Made by a program: the position numbers and the translations under genes. The notes under the pieces are model-generated. The model had not been told where the DNA came from, made no database searches, and saw only the letters and a list, made by a program, of their open reading frames with translations. Of a stretch of 64,000 nt of DNA, positions 25,177 to 39,341 are shown in pieces. Origin of the DNA: Okamejei kenojei (Eukaryota); assembly GCA_035221665.1 (NCBI GenBank), contig CM069154.1, forward strand, positions 9,114,001-9,178,000. The letters run 5' to 3'. The number at the start of each line of letters is the position of its first letter. Within the stretch, counting starts at the first letter, position 1.

Positions 25177-28100
25177 TCTAGACGCCGTTGGTTAGATGGC
25201 AGACCGGCGTGATTTTTTTTTTAAGACAGGATTTCAGGAACTTGTTATTTTTCTCTTCCTCGTCCCCTGCCTTCACCATTACTTGTTGACAATATCACCA
25301 GTTAACGGACACAGGCAACAGTGTAAGATGGAGGCCGGTCAGGAGGCAGAGTCCTGATAGAGCCGATCAAACTACTTCTCTTTTGGAAAGGTTGTAATCG
25401 AAACGGCTCTGGGAAACTGCACGCACACTGAGCGAACGATCGAGTGCAATTTGTGGAAGCCACTGCTCTTACTGTGCTATACCATTTCAGTATTTTTTTT
25501 GTTTCCTTGTTAAGTTATAACAAATATTTAATTTTTTGAGGGAGGAGCAGGGAGAGAAAATGTATTGTTTGCGTGAGTGCTTATATTTATTATAACTAAT
25601 ATACATTCGATTGTATAGTAAAGAGGTTTGCAAAATCCCTTAAACTTAATCACATTGCACATTCCTGTTTATGTAAAACAATCCGAGAAACATGTACAAG
25701 TTCCATTTCTAAGGCACTCGTTGAAAGAGTGTCAGAGGTAATTTTGTTGGACAGCTTCGGCAAAAGTGTGAAGGAAATTTCATTTCATGTGGGTATGTTT
25801 GCATTGAAGAAATAGTAAGAATTTTGGAGGAAAATTTCTAATATGCTCTTGGTGACACATTGTTGCAGCATTGGACCATTTGTTTTAGTTTTAACTATTC
25901 CAGTCTTGCATTTCTTCGCAATTTATTAATTTAATGCTGCCAGTGATCAGGAGGTGGGGAATCTTTCAATGATGCACTGGCCAGCTGCCGCAGAAATGAA
26001 ATGGCAAGAGAGTGCATTATCAATATCTTACTGAATGTTGAGGGTGGGGTGGGATGGGGTAGTGTGCGGACAGGACATCTAAGGGCCTGCCATCTCAGTA
26101 GAAAATAGTTACATTTATAACCTGTTTAAAAACTCATTTGAGAGTAAAAATATGGGATGAGATTTTTTTTAATATATTCTTGGTGACGCATTGTTGCAGC
26201 ATTGGACCATTTATTTTTATTTTTAACTTTTCCAAACTTGCATTTCTTCTCAATTTACTCATTTACTGGTGCCAGTGATAAGGAAGTGGGGAAACATTTC
26301 AGTAGCTCACTGGCCAGCCACTGCAGAAATGGTATGGCATTAAGACCATCGTGATAAATGTTACAAATTAAATTATTTACATTTTTTTTAAATGAATTTA
26401 AGTATGATAGTTTATTGCACTTTGCTCTCCCCACTACCTTTTGACCTGTTAACTAGGTGGGGTCTTTCCCTCTCTGGCCACCCTGAATCCAGTAACTAAG
26501 AGCAAGAAAGGATTTTGTTGCGACTGGCGTTAAAATTGTATCAAGCAGATTTATTTTTCTTGAGCTGCTACAATGCCAAATTGTTGCAGAGTATGTTTGG
26601 TTTGTGTGGACATAAGTGATGCTTGAAAACTTTTAACTTCATTAGAATACAGTGATTTTTTTGTTGTTATCTATTTGTTTTTTTTTAATATTATTTTATT
26701 TTTGAACAGTATTTGATGAAAGAACAAGTGAGTGTTTCCTCTCCAAGGCAGCAGCTAAAGAATATGAGTTGTTTATCAGTTATGTTATTTTTTTTTTGCT
26801 CTCTCATCCTTCATCCTCCACTTTCAGTATCAAACCATTGTGAAGTAAAGGAGAACAAATGCCTCAATGAATTGGTTATTTTATATCAGTAAGCATGAAA
26901 TGAGGAACACTGCACAGGACTAGTGGAGGGATTGTTGCTGCAAAACAAACTAGTTACAACAAGCCATAAAGTGGACTGCAGATCAATCACTCTCCATGGC
27001 TATTTCCCGTTCAAACAAAAAACTCCAACAGATTCCACATCACAATCCCAACCATACATTCGGCCAATCTACAGATACATTGTAGTCCCATTCTTAAAAT
27101 GATTTTTTTGCTGTTCCATTTCACACCTTGAATTAGCCATCTTGGTGTTATTGATCCTGATATGTAATGTTTGACTGGTGATGTAATTCCAAAGAGTAGA
27201 CTGTTGAAGCAAATACTGATTGTAATGGAGACATTGTTCGGATGGAGTGAAGGGAAAGCAGCTACGATAATGTCCTTCACATAATTGGCATTTATATATA
27301 TAAAAAAATAAGTATTCCTAAAAAAAAAATAATTGCCATGACTACAGCACCTCGACATATGCTTTTAAGTTTTAATGAGAACTGGCACTCCTTTAGGTGT
27401 TTGATAATGCTGCTTGTAACTCGGATGGCTGTACTGCCACTTTAGTTGGTGCACGGTATTGAGGTAATGTTCCACTTTTGGATGGGGCCTGTCAGCTCTT
27501 CCTGCTGGGCATGGCCAATTTTAAGTCAATCTTTCAGGGAAAGGTCGGGACATGCTTCTAGCATCCCTACCAATATCAGCCAACATGAATAAAGCTAATT
27601 ATTTGCCCAATATAAAACTACAGCTTGTGGGTCTGTTTGCCAGTTGCCTGCTGAGTTATCTTCTCTTTCCAAGTATCTTTACTATTCTTTCATTCGAATG
27701 GTGAGTGCTGTGCCAATGCAAATCTTTAACAAAAAGCATTGTCAGGTTGAATATTAATTTGGCAAAATTAAGTTGGGCACGGGGGTTACTGGAGCATCTG
27801 TGCAAAGGCTTAGTGGCCTGAAAATGAAGTTAGAAATGGGATGGGGACTGTATCTTCCTCAGCTATGATCATTACTATGGTGATGGCTAAATATGTAAAC
27901 ATCTTACACAATGTGACTTCAGGTTAAAAAAAAAACCCACCCAGAGATTCCCAGATTTAATTTCTGGGTTGCAATGCATCAGCAGGGGTGATAGGATGAC
28001 ACAAACTGACTTCAATGGGGGAAGGGAAAATCAGCCTTCGCTCTGTCCACTGACCCATATTTAGCTATTTCTGTGTGCATTTGCAGTTCGAGGTCGCATG

Positions 28101-31100
28101 GGACTCCATGGAGCTAAACCATGACCTCATCCATGATTGAATAGCATTCCTGCCAAGGCGTTGGGGCTGGTGCACCAAAATGATAGCTAGAATTGAGGAA
28201 CAGAGAGAGTAGAGAGAGACTGAAGGGGCCGATGTTGAGAAAATGGAGGAAGGGAGAGCCTTTTTTTTAAATTTGGAAATTAACTAATTTAATCTCTTCG
28301 TATTGTAAGCCTAATCACAGCATATTTGGTGCTGGAATAAAGTGTGAGAATGTAGTGTCAGCAGGATCTAACTATTCTATCAGTAATACACTGCAGTATG
28401 TGTAACAGGAAGGGCGATAATACAAGGTAATATGCTGTTAACACGATTAAAGTTCTCACCATGTAGGAAGGGATGTGCTTTCCTGTGAAAGAACAGCACA
28501 AGGAAAAGCAGTGTACCGTGTGAAGGTCAACTACGAATCTCCAGTGTAACGAAAACAGATTAAAAACAAAAGAACATAGAGGTGATGTCGGACCATTACA
28601 TTTCTAATTTTGATTGACACAAATTTAGTACATAATGTTTAATTTTCCAGTTTTCATTCCAAATATACATTAAGAAAAGGAGCTGATTTTGTCAATTTGC
28701 CTGACTGCTCTATTGCCTTCCTGCCAATGTTGCTGCAAAACCTACATAAATACATAAGTACTTACATAAGTAATGTGACTGATTTACCCAGTTGTTTCCA
28801 TTAATAATGGACTTGGATTTATATTGGAAATTTAAGAACCATTTTAAAATAAGGGATTGAATTATGTTGGCATAGCATGATCCATTTTTCATCATTTTAA
28901 CACTCGGAGTAACAGCATGAGACTTTAATTAGTTAAATAATGCAGAATAATGTTCAAAGTAAATTAATTTCTGGAATGGAATAAGTTATAAATAGGCTTT
29001 TTTTTAAAAAGTTGATCGCATTCCCATTAATTCAATAACACTAATGATTATAAGTCCTAATAGGCCATGGTTTAAGATTTGGCATTTGGTTTTGTTAGTT
29101 TGAAACAGTGCGGCAAATTTCTCCCTCCACTACTGGTGCCAAAAACTCAGTCAGTCGCCCATCAAATTACATTCATCATGATTACACTTAACCACTGCAC
29201 TCGTTGTCTAGCATGAGTGGGATTGTGTGCGTGATGAAAATCCGAAGCAGACACAGAGAATTCAGTGAGAATTCAACACCAGTCTGTCGGACATTTCTGA
29301 AGCGAGCAGACCAGCTAACGTCCAGGCTGTGAAACCTTCAGATTTGAAAAATGATGCGCAGACAGGCATGTTTTAAGCTTCAGAACAGTGACAAGCAAAG
29401 CCTGTGAGGAATCCGTGTTTGGAATAATAAAATAGATTTTGTGTTCTATCATTGCATTCATGATAAGCCTCTAAATTTGCATGCTTGTGCAGACCCCTCC
29501 CATTGTGCTCTTTTCTTTGAAGAGTGTACTTTATGTTAAATGGAAAATCAATTGATTATATTTAAAAAAAATTAATCGATATTCCAAATCCTCTCCTCCC
29601 TATTCCCACCGGCTACTGATTGATCTGTCATGCACTTGCGTTATTCTCTGTCTCTGTTTAAGTTACTTTTGGGGTATGGTTTTGGATTTCTCAGCAAACC
29701 ACGATCCATGGTAAAGCGTCAGAAAATGAAGGCGCAAGACTGCAAAGACTGGAATCGTGAGCAAAAAAAAACACAACTTGTCAGACAGCAAATTGGGCAA
29801 CATCTGTGAAAGGGAAATTACAGACATGTCTGAAGAAGGGTCTCGACCCAAAATGTCGTATGTTCATTTCTCTCCACAGATGCTGCCTGACCCACTGAGT
29901 TCCTCCAGTACTTTGTTTTTTGCTTCAGAAAATGAGATGGGTTGTTGTAAAGTCCAGTATCAAACCACCAAAATGTACCTGTGATTTGTTCTGTGTGTAT
30001 ATTTGAATATTTTGCACAAAAACAACAAATGGTGTAGTACTTCAAAGGGAAATGTACACAAAATGCTCACTGCAAATAGTATGTCCTAGTTAAAGGCATG
30101 AAACTGGATGAGAGCTATACAGAAAACTATACTGTGCAGGAAAAAACCCATCATCCTGTAACTGCAAATCCAAAACCTTTTGGGCAAACTTTAGTTTGAA
30201 ACTTTTCTATTTGCAATTTTGACTTAACCATTTTCACATATTGATAGTCATATAATATTAGTCTGTTGGACGCGAAGTATAAAAACCAAAGTTTTAATTG
30301 TAGACATTATCCCATATTGGGGGAAGATTTCTGCTATCGCTACAGTGAGTTTATAAATAATTCCCACACATGTGATTCTAAAAAGTACTTTATGATAATG
30401 GAATTCATTCCTCTCTCTCGAGTGCAAGCAGCTAGGCAATTAATTGATTATTCTCCTTTTCAATTTTAAGAGTATTGTACTTTGAAGATTTACTGCCACT
30501 TCCTAAACGGACCTCTCCTTGGGGATCTTGCAGCTCTTCCACCATCAAGCACTTTACGCAGGCAGAATAGACCTTTGTTATTAGGCTGCCAAAAAGGCTC
30601 TATTACTTTGGCACATAAATACAAGAGGTAAGCAATCCCGTTTTGGGAGAATAACCTCTGATGTACTGTCTTACTGTTGTTGCACTGGACTATACTATGA
30701 AACAAAACATGGGTGAAAGATTGGATGCACAGGACCCGATGCATTTCCATTTTACTGAAACGGGCTGTCTTAATCTGGTAGCGAATCTGTAGACCTCCAT
30801 TTTAAGGGGTCTCCTGCCATTTGTTCTCTGAATGTCATGTTATTTACATTAAACAGTGTTGGTGACAGAGAAAGAATAGCATGTCTACCACTGACTAACT
30901 CGTGTTATTAACATTATAATCTTAACGTAGAGAGAGGGTAAGTTATGGAATGCCAACACATGCCTAGTTTATGTCATTAGGGTCTCTGGTAACTAACTAG
31001 AGTTAAAGCAATTTACGAGTGTATGAAAGATGGTCTTTCAATTGAAATAAAGGATGGCTCCCTGCATATGGTATGTTTTGTTTTTACATCTTCATTAATC

Positions 31101-33600
31101 GTTTGTATATATGCTTCAAACTTGCTTTTCATGCCTTATGAACTGCTTCCCTGCCTTTATGATCAGCTGCTGCTTATTTGAAAGTTCTCAAACGTGTGGT
31201 AAATGGGAAGTTGTGTTGAGAATCAGGAGTGCCTTCTCCTTGAGGTACATCCCACTTTTGTGGTTTTAAAATGAGATTGGGAAGGTGTGGTTTGTTTTAT
31301 TTCAATCACCTTTGCACCTTGGGTGATTTTCCACCCCTGATTACATTAACATATGTCTCAGATTAAGCTGTGCTTGCTAAATTTTTGGTTGGACCAACAT
31401 TATATCTGCTGATTATTTTAAATCTGGACATTTGCTAGGAAAGAGGATTGTAAAGGGTGAATCCTTCGCAGCCCAGAAGATTAATTTCCATTCAAAGTCA
31501 ATGTATTTATTAAAAGTTTCCCTCTGTATACAATTACAAGACGGTTATCTTCACTTCTGTTGTGTGAAAGAGGATACCGCAGCTAATAGAGTAGATTTTA
31601 TTGAGCAGATTTGCAGCTATAATTCATCAATTTCTATGCTCTGCACCAAAACTGGAAATACTTTCCTAATTTTGGATTCTAATGGTTCAAACATTAAAAA
31701 GGGTTTAAAACTAGTGGACATTCAAAAAAATATTTAACAAGCTCTTCAAATGTGCAGTATGATTCTAATGCAAGTCAGTAAAGCTTTAATGCTATATAAA
31801 CATTTGTCTGTACTTGTGGTTCTCGCCTTCAACAGAGCACATGTGTGGAACTTGCACTGTATTTCTTCAAGACAGGTTTATTGATTGGAAGCAAGGTCCA
31901 TTGTGCTCCAGGAGGAAATACAGAACCCTGAAGGTTATGAGTTATAAATGCTAACTCTATGGAAGTCATAATTCCTTCAGTTGTTAAAGTGAATGCAATC
32001 AACCACAATACTCCCTGTGTGCTGCAAGGTCCAAAGTTTATTTTACTAGTTGTTTAATTAGATAGCCTGAAGTTAAATTGTAGTATATTTATTTGTATTA
32101 CTGATTTGAATTATTTAATTTCTCTTCTCGCTGACAAACCTTTAACAGAAGTTGCGGACTCCTCACGCCTTTACAGGCTAGCTGCTCCTTCATACTTTAT
32201 TTCTTCACCAGCTCCTGGGGAACAAGTTTGTAAAGGCTGTTTTTGGTAGCATTCCTAGGCAGTGTAACAGTTGATATTATTCACAGATTGGATTAGTTCC
32301 GATGTTGTTATTTAAAGATTATACTTATTTAAAATATTTCTTTTATTTACTTGTTAAACAATATTTATTACTGAAAAGCAACTGCTGTAGATTTTTTTTT
32401 CTTACAAATCCAACAATTGAAAATACTTTTTTAGTATACGGAGAAATGTGTTCAGCTTTGGTTTTTGAGAAACTGGGCCCTGTTGTGAAGTCTTTCTGGA
32501 AGAATTTTGTGCTCTCCACCCTGTCACAAGATGCATTACAAATTTTTAGGCCACCCAGAAATCCATTCTGAATGCAGATCACTTTGTGCATGGATTTGTT
32601 CCTGATACCAGTCCTAAAATTATTCAAACCTGTTACTTGTTTACTTCAGATGTGTGTCTATCGACATGTTTACCACAGATGGCCTCAAAGTATGCATTGA
32701 TGTTTCAAAGTTTATCAGAATTTCAGAGCTTGTTTCTCCCCCACGTCCAGCGTAGTGCAGATACATAATTTAAGGTTGTGTATTGGCATAACCCGAGGCT
32801 GCAGTTGGGATGCGGTGTTGGACCAAGTCTAATTGAAGTTCAATTCCCAATCCTATCTCGCCGCTGATACCGACTGGACAAATGTGGGTGGCAGTGTGCA
32901 TGTGACTTTCTGTGTGATTGAATTGCCTGAGAATGGTTGGAGTTGCCGCACGAAGGGCTGGATAGACAGAGGTCAGAGGCCAGGTCCGAGATCCATTACA
33001 AGAAGACTCTCTGTTCAGACAATAATACTGAGGTGGCCAGAGAGGAAAACAAAATTACAATCTCAAGGCATTTTTGATAGACATTATTGAAGTATGGATT
33101 TATTGGGAGTTTGTGAATTGTCTAAACCTAAAACTACCAATTTTCATGCTGGTTGCTTCAACCCTGTAGATGTCCTATTAGAGTTGGTCATTTTCTTCAC
33201 TACCTGAAGCATGTACTAATGTCAAGGAATCTGATGTCTATGCCCTTGAGATATTCAGGTGGTTAAAGAATTACTTTTCTTTTTGTTTATTTTGTTGTCT
33301 CCAATGGATAGACATTACTGAACAAATAATGATATAGACAATGGTAAAAAGAGAGGATAAATAATTAATTGGTACCTTTTGGTTACTAAGTCCTTGGGGA
33401 AATTTTACCAATGTTCCTCATTATTCAAATGTGTGTAGCAAGAAGTTATAGGTACTAAAGTTTTCAATTATATGCAATGTGTGTTGAAAAATTCCATCAT
33501 TCATTTTGCTTTCTGGAAGAAGAATAAATGTTCTAAATAACTGTACACTTCTCCGTACAATCGAAATAACCGTAAATAAAATTATTTTGGAAAAAAAAAA
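25177..33600 (+). other. TMCC2: Probable long TMCC2 3' UTR (end uncertain)
   Basis: AT-rich and almost free of the repeats that saturate the flanks. AATAAA near 28336, 29426, 31047, 33522 and 33575; repeat density resumes at about 33620. Confidence 0.5.
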
Positions 33601-33795
33601 TCAAATTTTCAATAATTTATTCAGAAGAGTCCTGACCCAACATGCCGTCTACCCATTTCCTTCCGTAGATGGTGCTTTGCCTACTGAGTTCCTCCAGCAC
33701 TTTGTGTTTTATTCAGATTTTTTTTTGTCCCCGGGATATTACAAACTATTCAGCTTGCACTAGTTCTCCTCAACTTGCATCAATCCTGACTTCTA

Positions 33796-34332
33796 AAGGT
33801 CCTGTCCCTCTTGGGCGTCATTTACGCGACAGGCCGGTAGTGACTGACGCGCGAAAACCGTCTAGCAGTATGACAGTCGAGCACCAAGTGCTCTTGAGGG
33901 CCCTGCTTCTTTTGGGAACTATTTGCGGTGTCGTTCGTGCTTAGTCCGATCTCCGTGACAAGGATTTTCCCAGCGAAAAACGTTCAAAACTACGCGCGCT
34001 TTATACCCGGGTGGTCACGTGGTGCGGCGCTCAAATGACGCGCAAATGGTACGGCGTACGGGTGGCGCATGGTTACGGGCGTTGACGCACGGTGGTGCAT
34101 AATAAATTAGCATAGGCAATGTTCGTGCGTAACCATGCGTCACCATGCGCTACACGCACGGCGTCAGTACGTCAGAGTGCGCAAGGGATCCGTCACGCAG
34201 GTGGCGCACGAAGATTTTGAGCATTCCAAAATCCTGCGGCGCCGCGCATCACTGCATAAGCCACCGCACTGCACCGCACCAACCAATTTTTAGGATGTCC
34301 TGTTAATGACGCCCAAATGGGACAGGCCCTTT
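33796..34332. mobile_element. CpG-rich MITE of the same TIR group
   Basis: aaggtcctgtccctcttgggcgtcatt ... aatgacgcccaaatgggacaggccctt. Confidence 0.75.
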
Positions 34333-35414
34333 ATTGTATAATTCGGGACTTGCCCTAGCAAATCCTGGATGTGTTCATGTGTTTCAAATCTGGAGATAGT
34401 CCAAAAAAGCTCAATGAGTGGGTGATTTCATTTACGCTTTTTTGTCCTTCTACTCTGCACGGTGGCGCAGAGTTGCTGCCTTACAGCGCTTTTAACTGAA
34501 ATGTGTAGTGATTGAAAGGCGAGAGTGAGAATTTTAAACTCGTGACTCCTTGAATTTTAAATGCAAGGAAGACAACATTGCTATTTTTCTTCTCCTCCCA
34601 GCACAGCTGCTGATCAGGAAATACTGAATTGAACTTCCACACCTTCCAGCCTGTACACTTTGTGCTTTGACAGCACAACTGAGGAGCATCATCAGTGACG
34701 CTGTCCCTCTGGCAAGCCAAGGGTACACCCCATCCCCCGGATGTTTCATGTCCTTTCTGACCGGAGGTGACAGGATAAAACCAGGTCATTTGTACTCTAA
34801 AGAAGCCACCCTTCACTCTGCAAACAGTCTCGTGTGTATCTTCTCCATTTCCCAGTACTTAAGGGTCACAGCTGCAAGATCTTCCTCACGTATTTCCCTG
34901 GCAAAAATAGTTTTGACTGCAGCTGTACTGCAGACCGCCTACATCATGAAAGATGCCATTTATTCTGAAGGACTTTTCCAAAAATTCTCCCACCCTCCAC
35001 CATGTTTCACAATCCAAAGACCGTAACTAATGTATGGTTATCTAGGCCAATCTGCAACATGCACCAAGCTCTCTTTAGGTGCTGTTGGCTTAGGTTAAGA
35101 TTATGGAACACCAACATTTATCCACATTTTTTTTTTTGCCTTAGAACATAGAACAGTGCTGCACAGGAACAGGCCCTTCGGCCCATAATGTCCATGCCGA
35201 ACTTGATACCAAGATGAACAAAATCCATATCCTTCCATTCCCTGCATATCCACGTTCCTGTCCAAAAGCCTCTTAAACACCACTATGGTATCTGCCTCCA
35301 TGAACGTGTTGCATGCACAGCATCACATGTAGCACATTCCAGGTACCACTCTACTTATATTTTAAAAAATAACAAAATTCTGCTGCACACATTGCCTCTA
35401 AACCCTAGGAAATT

Positions 35415-36867
35415 GGTTAAAGTGGAAATTGTCAGATTTTATTAAAGGGTATTTTTATACATTTTGGTTTCAGATATAGAAATTACAGCTGTGTTTGTAC
35501 ATAGTCCCCCCTATTTCAGGGCACCATAATATGTGGGACACACGGCTTCACAGGTGTTTGTAATTCCTCAGGTGTGTTTCATTTGCCTCCTTAATGCAAG
35601 TATAAGTGAGCTCTCAGCACCTAGTCTTTCCTCCAGACTTTTCATCACCTTTGGAAACTTTTATTGCTGTTTATCAACATAAGGGCCAAAGTTGTGCCAA
35701 TGAAAGTCAAATAAGTCATCATGAGACTGAGAAATAAGAATAAAACTGTTAGAGACATCAGCCAAACCTTAGGCTTACCAAAATCAACTGTTTGGAACAT
35801 CATTAAGAAGAAAGAGAGTTCTGGCGAGCTTACTAATTGCAAAGGGACTGGCAGGCCAAAGAAGACCCCCGCAGCTGATGACAGAAAAATTCTCTCTATA
35901 ATAAAGAAAAATCCCCAAACACCTTTCCGACAGATCAGAAACACTCTTGAGGAGTCAGGTGTGGATTTGTCAATGACCACTGTCTGCAGAAGACTTCATG
36001 AACAGAAATACAGAGGCTGCACTGCAAGATGTAAACCACTGGTTAGCTGCAAAAATCGGTGGCCAGGTTGCAGTTTGCCAAGAAGTACTTAAAAGAGTAC
36101 TGGAAAAAGGTCTTGTGGACAGATGAGACAGAGATTAACATATATCAGAGTGATGGCAAGAGCAAGGTATAGAAGAGAGAAGGAACTGCCCAAGATCCAA
36201 AGCATACCACCTCATCTGTGAAACAAATTCTGCAGTGCATAGACACATTCTATCTGTTCAAGTTCAAACAAATGCCTCAAAATTCATTGGCTAGCGGTTC
36301 ATTCTACAGTAAGACAATGATCCCAAACATACTGCTAAAGCAACAAAGGGGTTTTTTAAAGCTTAAAAAAATGTCAATTCTTGAGTGGCCAAGTCAATCA
36401 CCCAATCTGAACCCAATTGAGCATGTCTTTTATATGTTGAAGAGAAAGCTGAAGGGGACTAGCCCCCAAAACAAGCATAAGCTAAAGGTGGCTGCAATAC
36501 AGGCCTGGCAGAGCATCTCCAGGGAAGACACCCAGCAACTGGTGATGTCCATGAATCGCAGACTTCAAGTAGTTCATTGCATGCAAAGGATATGCAACAA
36601 AATACTAAACATGACTACTTTCATTTACATGACATTGATGTGTCCCAAACATTATGGTGCCCTGAAATGGGAGGGGACTATGTGTAAACTGCTGTAATTT
36701 CTATATGGTGAAACCAAAATGTACTAAAATGCCCTTTATTAAAATCTGGCAAAGTGCACTTTAACCACATGTTTTTTTTTCTATTACAAATCTCAAATTG
36801 TGAAGTACAGAGGCAAATAAATAAATGATGGGTCTTTGTCCCAAACATTATGGAGGGCAGGGCACTG
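35415..36867 (+). mobile_element. Decayed Tc1-family DNA transposon (IR/DR type)
   Basis: Transposase fragments (TVRDISQTLGLPKSTVWNIIKK, GRPKK, WPSQSPNLNPIEH) with frameshifts and stops. Right TIR at about 36641-36867 carries the direct repeat tgtcccaaacattatgg at both ends and finishes cactg|ta. Only the inner part of the left TIR (35415-35539) survives. Confidence 0.92.
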
Positions 36868-38804
36868 TATGTCCCTCTTACAAGTTTAACATCGGCAAAT
36901 GGGACTAGCTTGGATACAGGTCTGGGTTAGTGTGGCCAAATTGGGCAGAAGAGAGTTTCTGTGCCTATGGCTCCTTTGTTGGACTGCTTGGCAATTTTGG
37001 ATGGCTGATATTGTTGGATCTGGAATTAGATCATCCTCTGGGGAAATGAAGAGTAAAATTTGACTGACCTTTTAAAAGCATAGATTCAGGAGGAGGGTTA
37101 GCTCTTTTGTGAGGAAAGGACTATTCTTCCAAACCACTGAGATTGGATGTCCTACTGCTGATCGATGGTGAGAGTGATGGGTCTGTTGATGTCATTTGCA
37201 GGTTATTCATTGGAAAAAAACAGGACACATTTCACAAGGAATCCAGAAATGTGCATAACATTTCTCTGGATTAACCAAGATACTGCAGATGCTAGAATTT
37301 GAGGCCATAAACAAACTGCTGGAGGAACCAAAGATAGACACAAAGTGCTGCAGTAACTCAGCAGGTCGGGCAGCATCTCTGGACGACATGCATAGGTGCG
37401 CTTTCAGGTTGGGGCCTTTTTTCAGACTCATCAGCACCTGGCCATCATAAGGAGATCGTGCAAACTCCACATAGACAGCACCCGAGGTCAGGATTGTACC
37501 CAGTTCTCTGGCCTTGAGAGGCAATGGCTCTACCAGCTGCGCCACTAACGTCATGGAAAGTTATTAAATATAATTTAAGTTATACTCATTCAATTCTTTA
37601 GCACGTCAACTCAAAAGTTACTGGATAAATAGCAGAGAACCAAGTTCCATCTTCACCTTTTAAAGGTCGTAATTAATGACGCATAATTGAAAATGTATTC
37701 CCAGAAATTGTCTTGCAGAATCCACACGAATACCGGCCTTGTTCCATTGACCTTTTAACCATGTGAAGTGTCCACAGCTGTGATCAAAACACGCACACAA
37801 ACTTCTCCTCTTGAGTAACTAAAAAAAAAATTTGGGCCTTATGCAATCTTGCTGGTCTGGCGTGCAATAATTCCTAAAATACAAAATTCACGGAGAAAAG
37901 TATTAAAACTATTCACTGATTCAACTTTTCCAGATAAAGATCCCTGGCATTCCAGCCACAGGAGATCACACAGTATAAATACACTTGACACTAAATGTGC
38001 AATCTATCCTTTTAAGCTGCACACGCGAAGCCGCAGGAATTTTAAACACAATTTTGTCCAGTGATTTTTTTTGCTTTACTTCCAGTGCTCAGCTGAAGCC
38101 TCTTGACATCAGCCGTAGACCAACCACGGTGCTTTTGCTTCTGAGCCAGAAGATTGAGAGTCCATCCCAGAGACATGTCCGATTCAAAACATCTGATTGA
38201 AGATCAATTTTGAGTGAGTGCTGCACGATCGGACGAGGTCATTGGGAGGGGACCCTATTTCTCCAGATTTTGTTCCAGACATGCTGCCTGACCCACTGAG
38301 CGATTCCAGCATTTTGTGTCTTATCTTCCCTGTGGATGTGAGAGAGTGTATACCACCTTTGAAACCAAGATTAGAAAAGTTTGCTCAAGTCCGAGTCATA
38401 AACACAGCACGGCAACAGGCCCTTCGGCCCATTGGCTCCGTGACAACCACACATGCACCCTTCTACATCAATCCTATTGTCCCCACATTCCCCTCAACTA
38501 CTCCCAGATTCTATCACTCACTCAAGCCAGGGACAACTTGTGAGAGTCCCGTTAACCTACCAATTGGTACTACTTGGAGATGGGAGTGGAAACTGGAGCC
38601 CCCAGAGAAAATTCAGTGTCATACAGAAATCCTGCACAATCACCATAGACAATACCTGATGTCAGGGCTGAACCTGCATCTCTGGCCTTGTGAAGTCATG
38701 GCTCTACTGTGCCACTAATGTCACAGTAGGTTATTTAGGAAGTTGGCGCAGGTATTAAGTTTATTAGAATTGTCACAGGATAGGAGGCATTTTTCTCCAT
38801 CACC

Positions 38805-39098
38805 GGGACGGCATAGCGGTACAGCGGTAGAGTTGCTGCCTTGTAGCACCAGAGACCTGGGCTCGATCCAGACCACATGTGCCGTTTGTACGTTCTCCCC
38901 TTGACCTCGTGGGTTTTCCACGGGTGCTCCGGTTTCCTCACACACTCCAAAGTCGTACAGGTTTGTAGGTCGATTGGTTTTGGTAAAATTGTAAATTATC
39001 CCTAGTGTGTAGGATGGTGCTAGTAGTGTGCGGGGGTCGGCGCGGACTCGGTGGGCCGAAGGGCCTGTTTCCGCGCTGCATCTCCAAACCGAAGTAAA
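38805..39098 (+). mobile_element. HE1-type V-SINE
   Basis: Head, V-domain and tail present; an older minus-strand copy lies at about 38400-38715. Confidence 0.85.
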
Positions 39099-39196
39099 CA
39101 GCTAGGCACCCCTGCCTGATCATTTGTGTTCCTTGATTACAATTGGAGTGTGGGGATGATCACTCGTTAGCAAGTCCCGCCCATATGCAATCCTCC

Positions 39197-39341
39197 TTCA
39201 TCTTCTTCTTCTTTCGTGTGGCGTGCACAGCCTAAAGTTGTAGGACAACATGTTCTATTTGATCTTCTGTTTGTGCACATCGAGTTGATTGCATTAGTCG
39301 AAACAGGGCGGACCACGTGAAGGTTGCAATCTCCCACCCCC
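39197..39341 (-). mobile_element. 145-bp ribozyme-headed non-autonomous retroposon (family A, full length)
   Basis: 12-bp TSD atgcaatcctcc at 39185-39196 and 39342-39353; (GAA)n-like 3' tail; homologous to 57929-58032. Confidence 0.8.
39287..39340 (-). ncRNA. Minimal HDV/CPEB3-like self-cleaving ribozyme fold (family A, copy 1)
   Basis: Minus strand reads GGGGUGG GA GAUUGCA ACC UUCACGU GGU CCGCCCU GUUUCGA CUAA UGCAAUC. P1 is 7 bp with a G1.U wobble, P2 is 7 bp perfect, P3 is 3 bp, L3 is UUCACGU, J4/2 is CUAA. Confidence 0.8.

Noticed and set aside
33796-34332. CpG island or promoter
   Set aside because: The CpG richness is confined between MITE TIRs.
34828-34900. Minus-strand reading EIREEDLAAVTLKYWEMEKIHTRLFAE-stop as a terminal exon
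   Set aside because: It is short, unrecognised and has no linked exon, so it may be chance.
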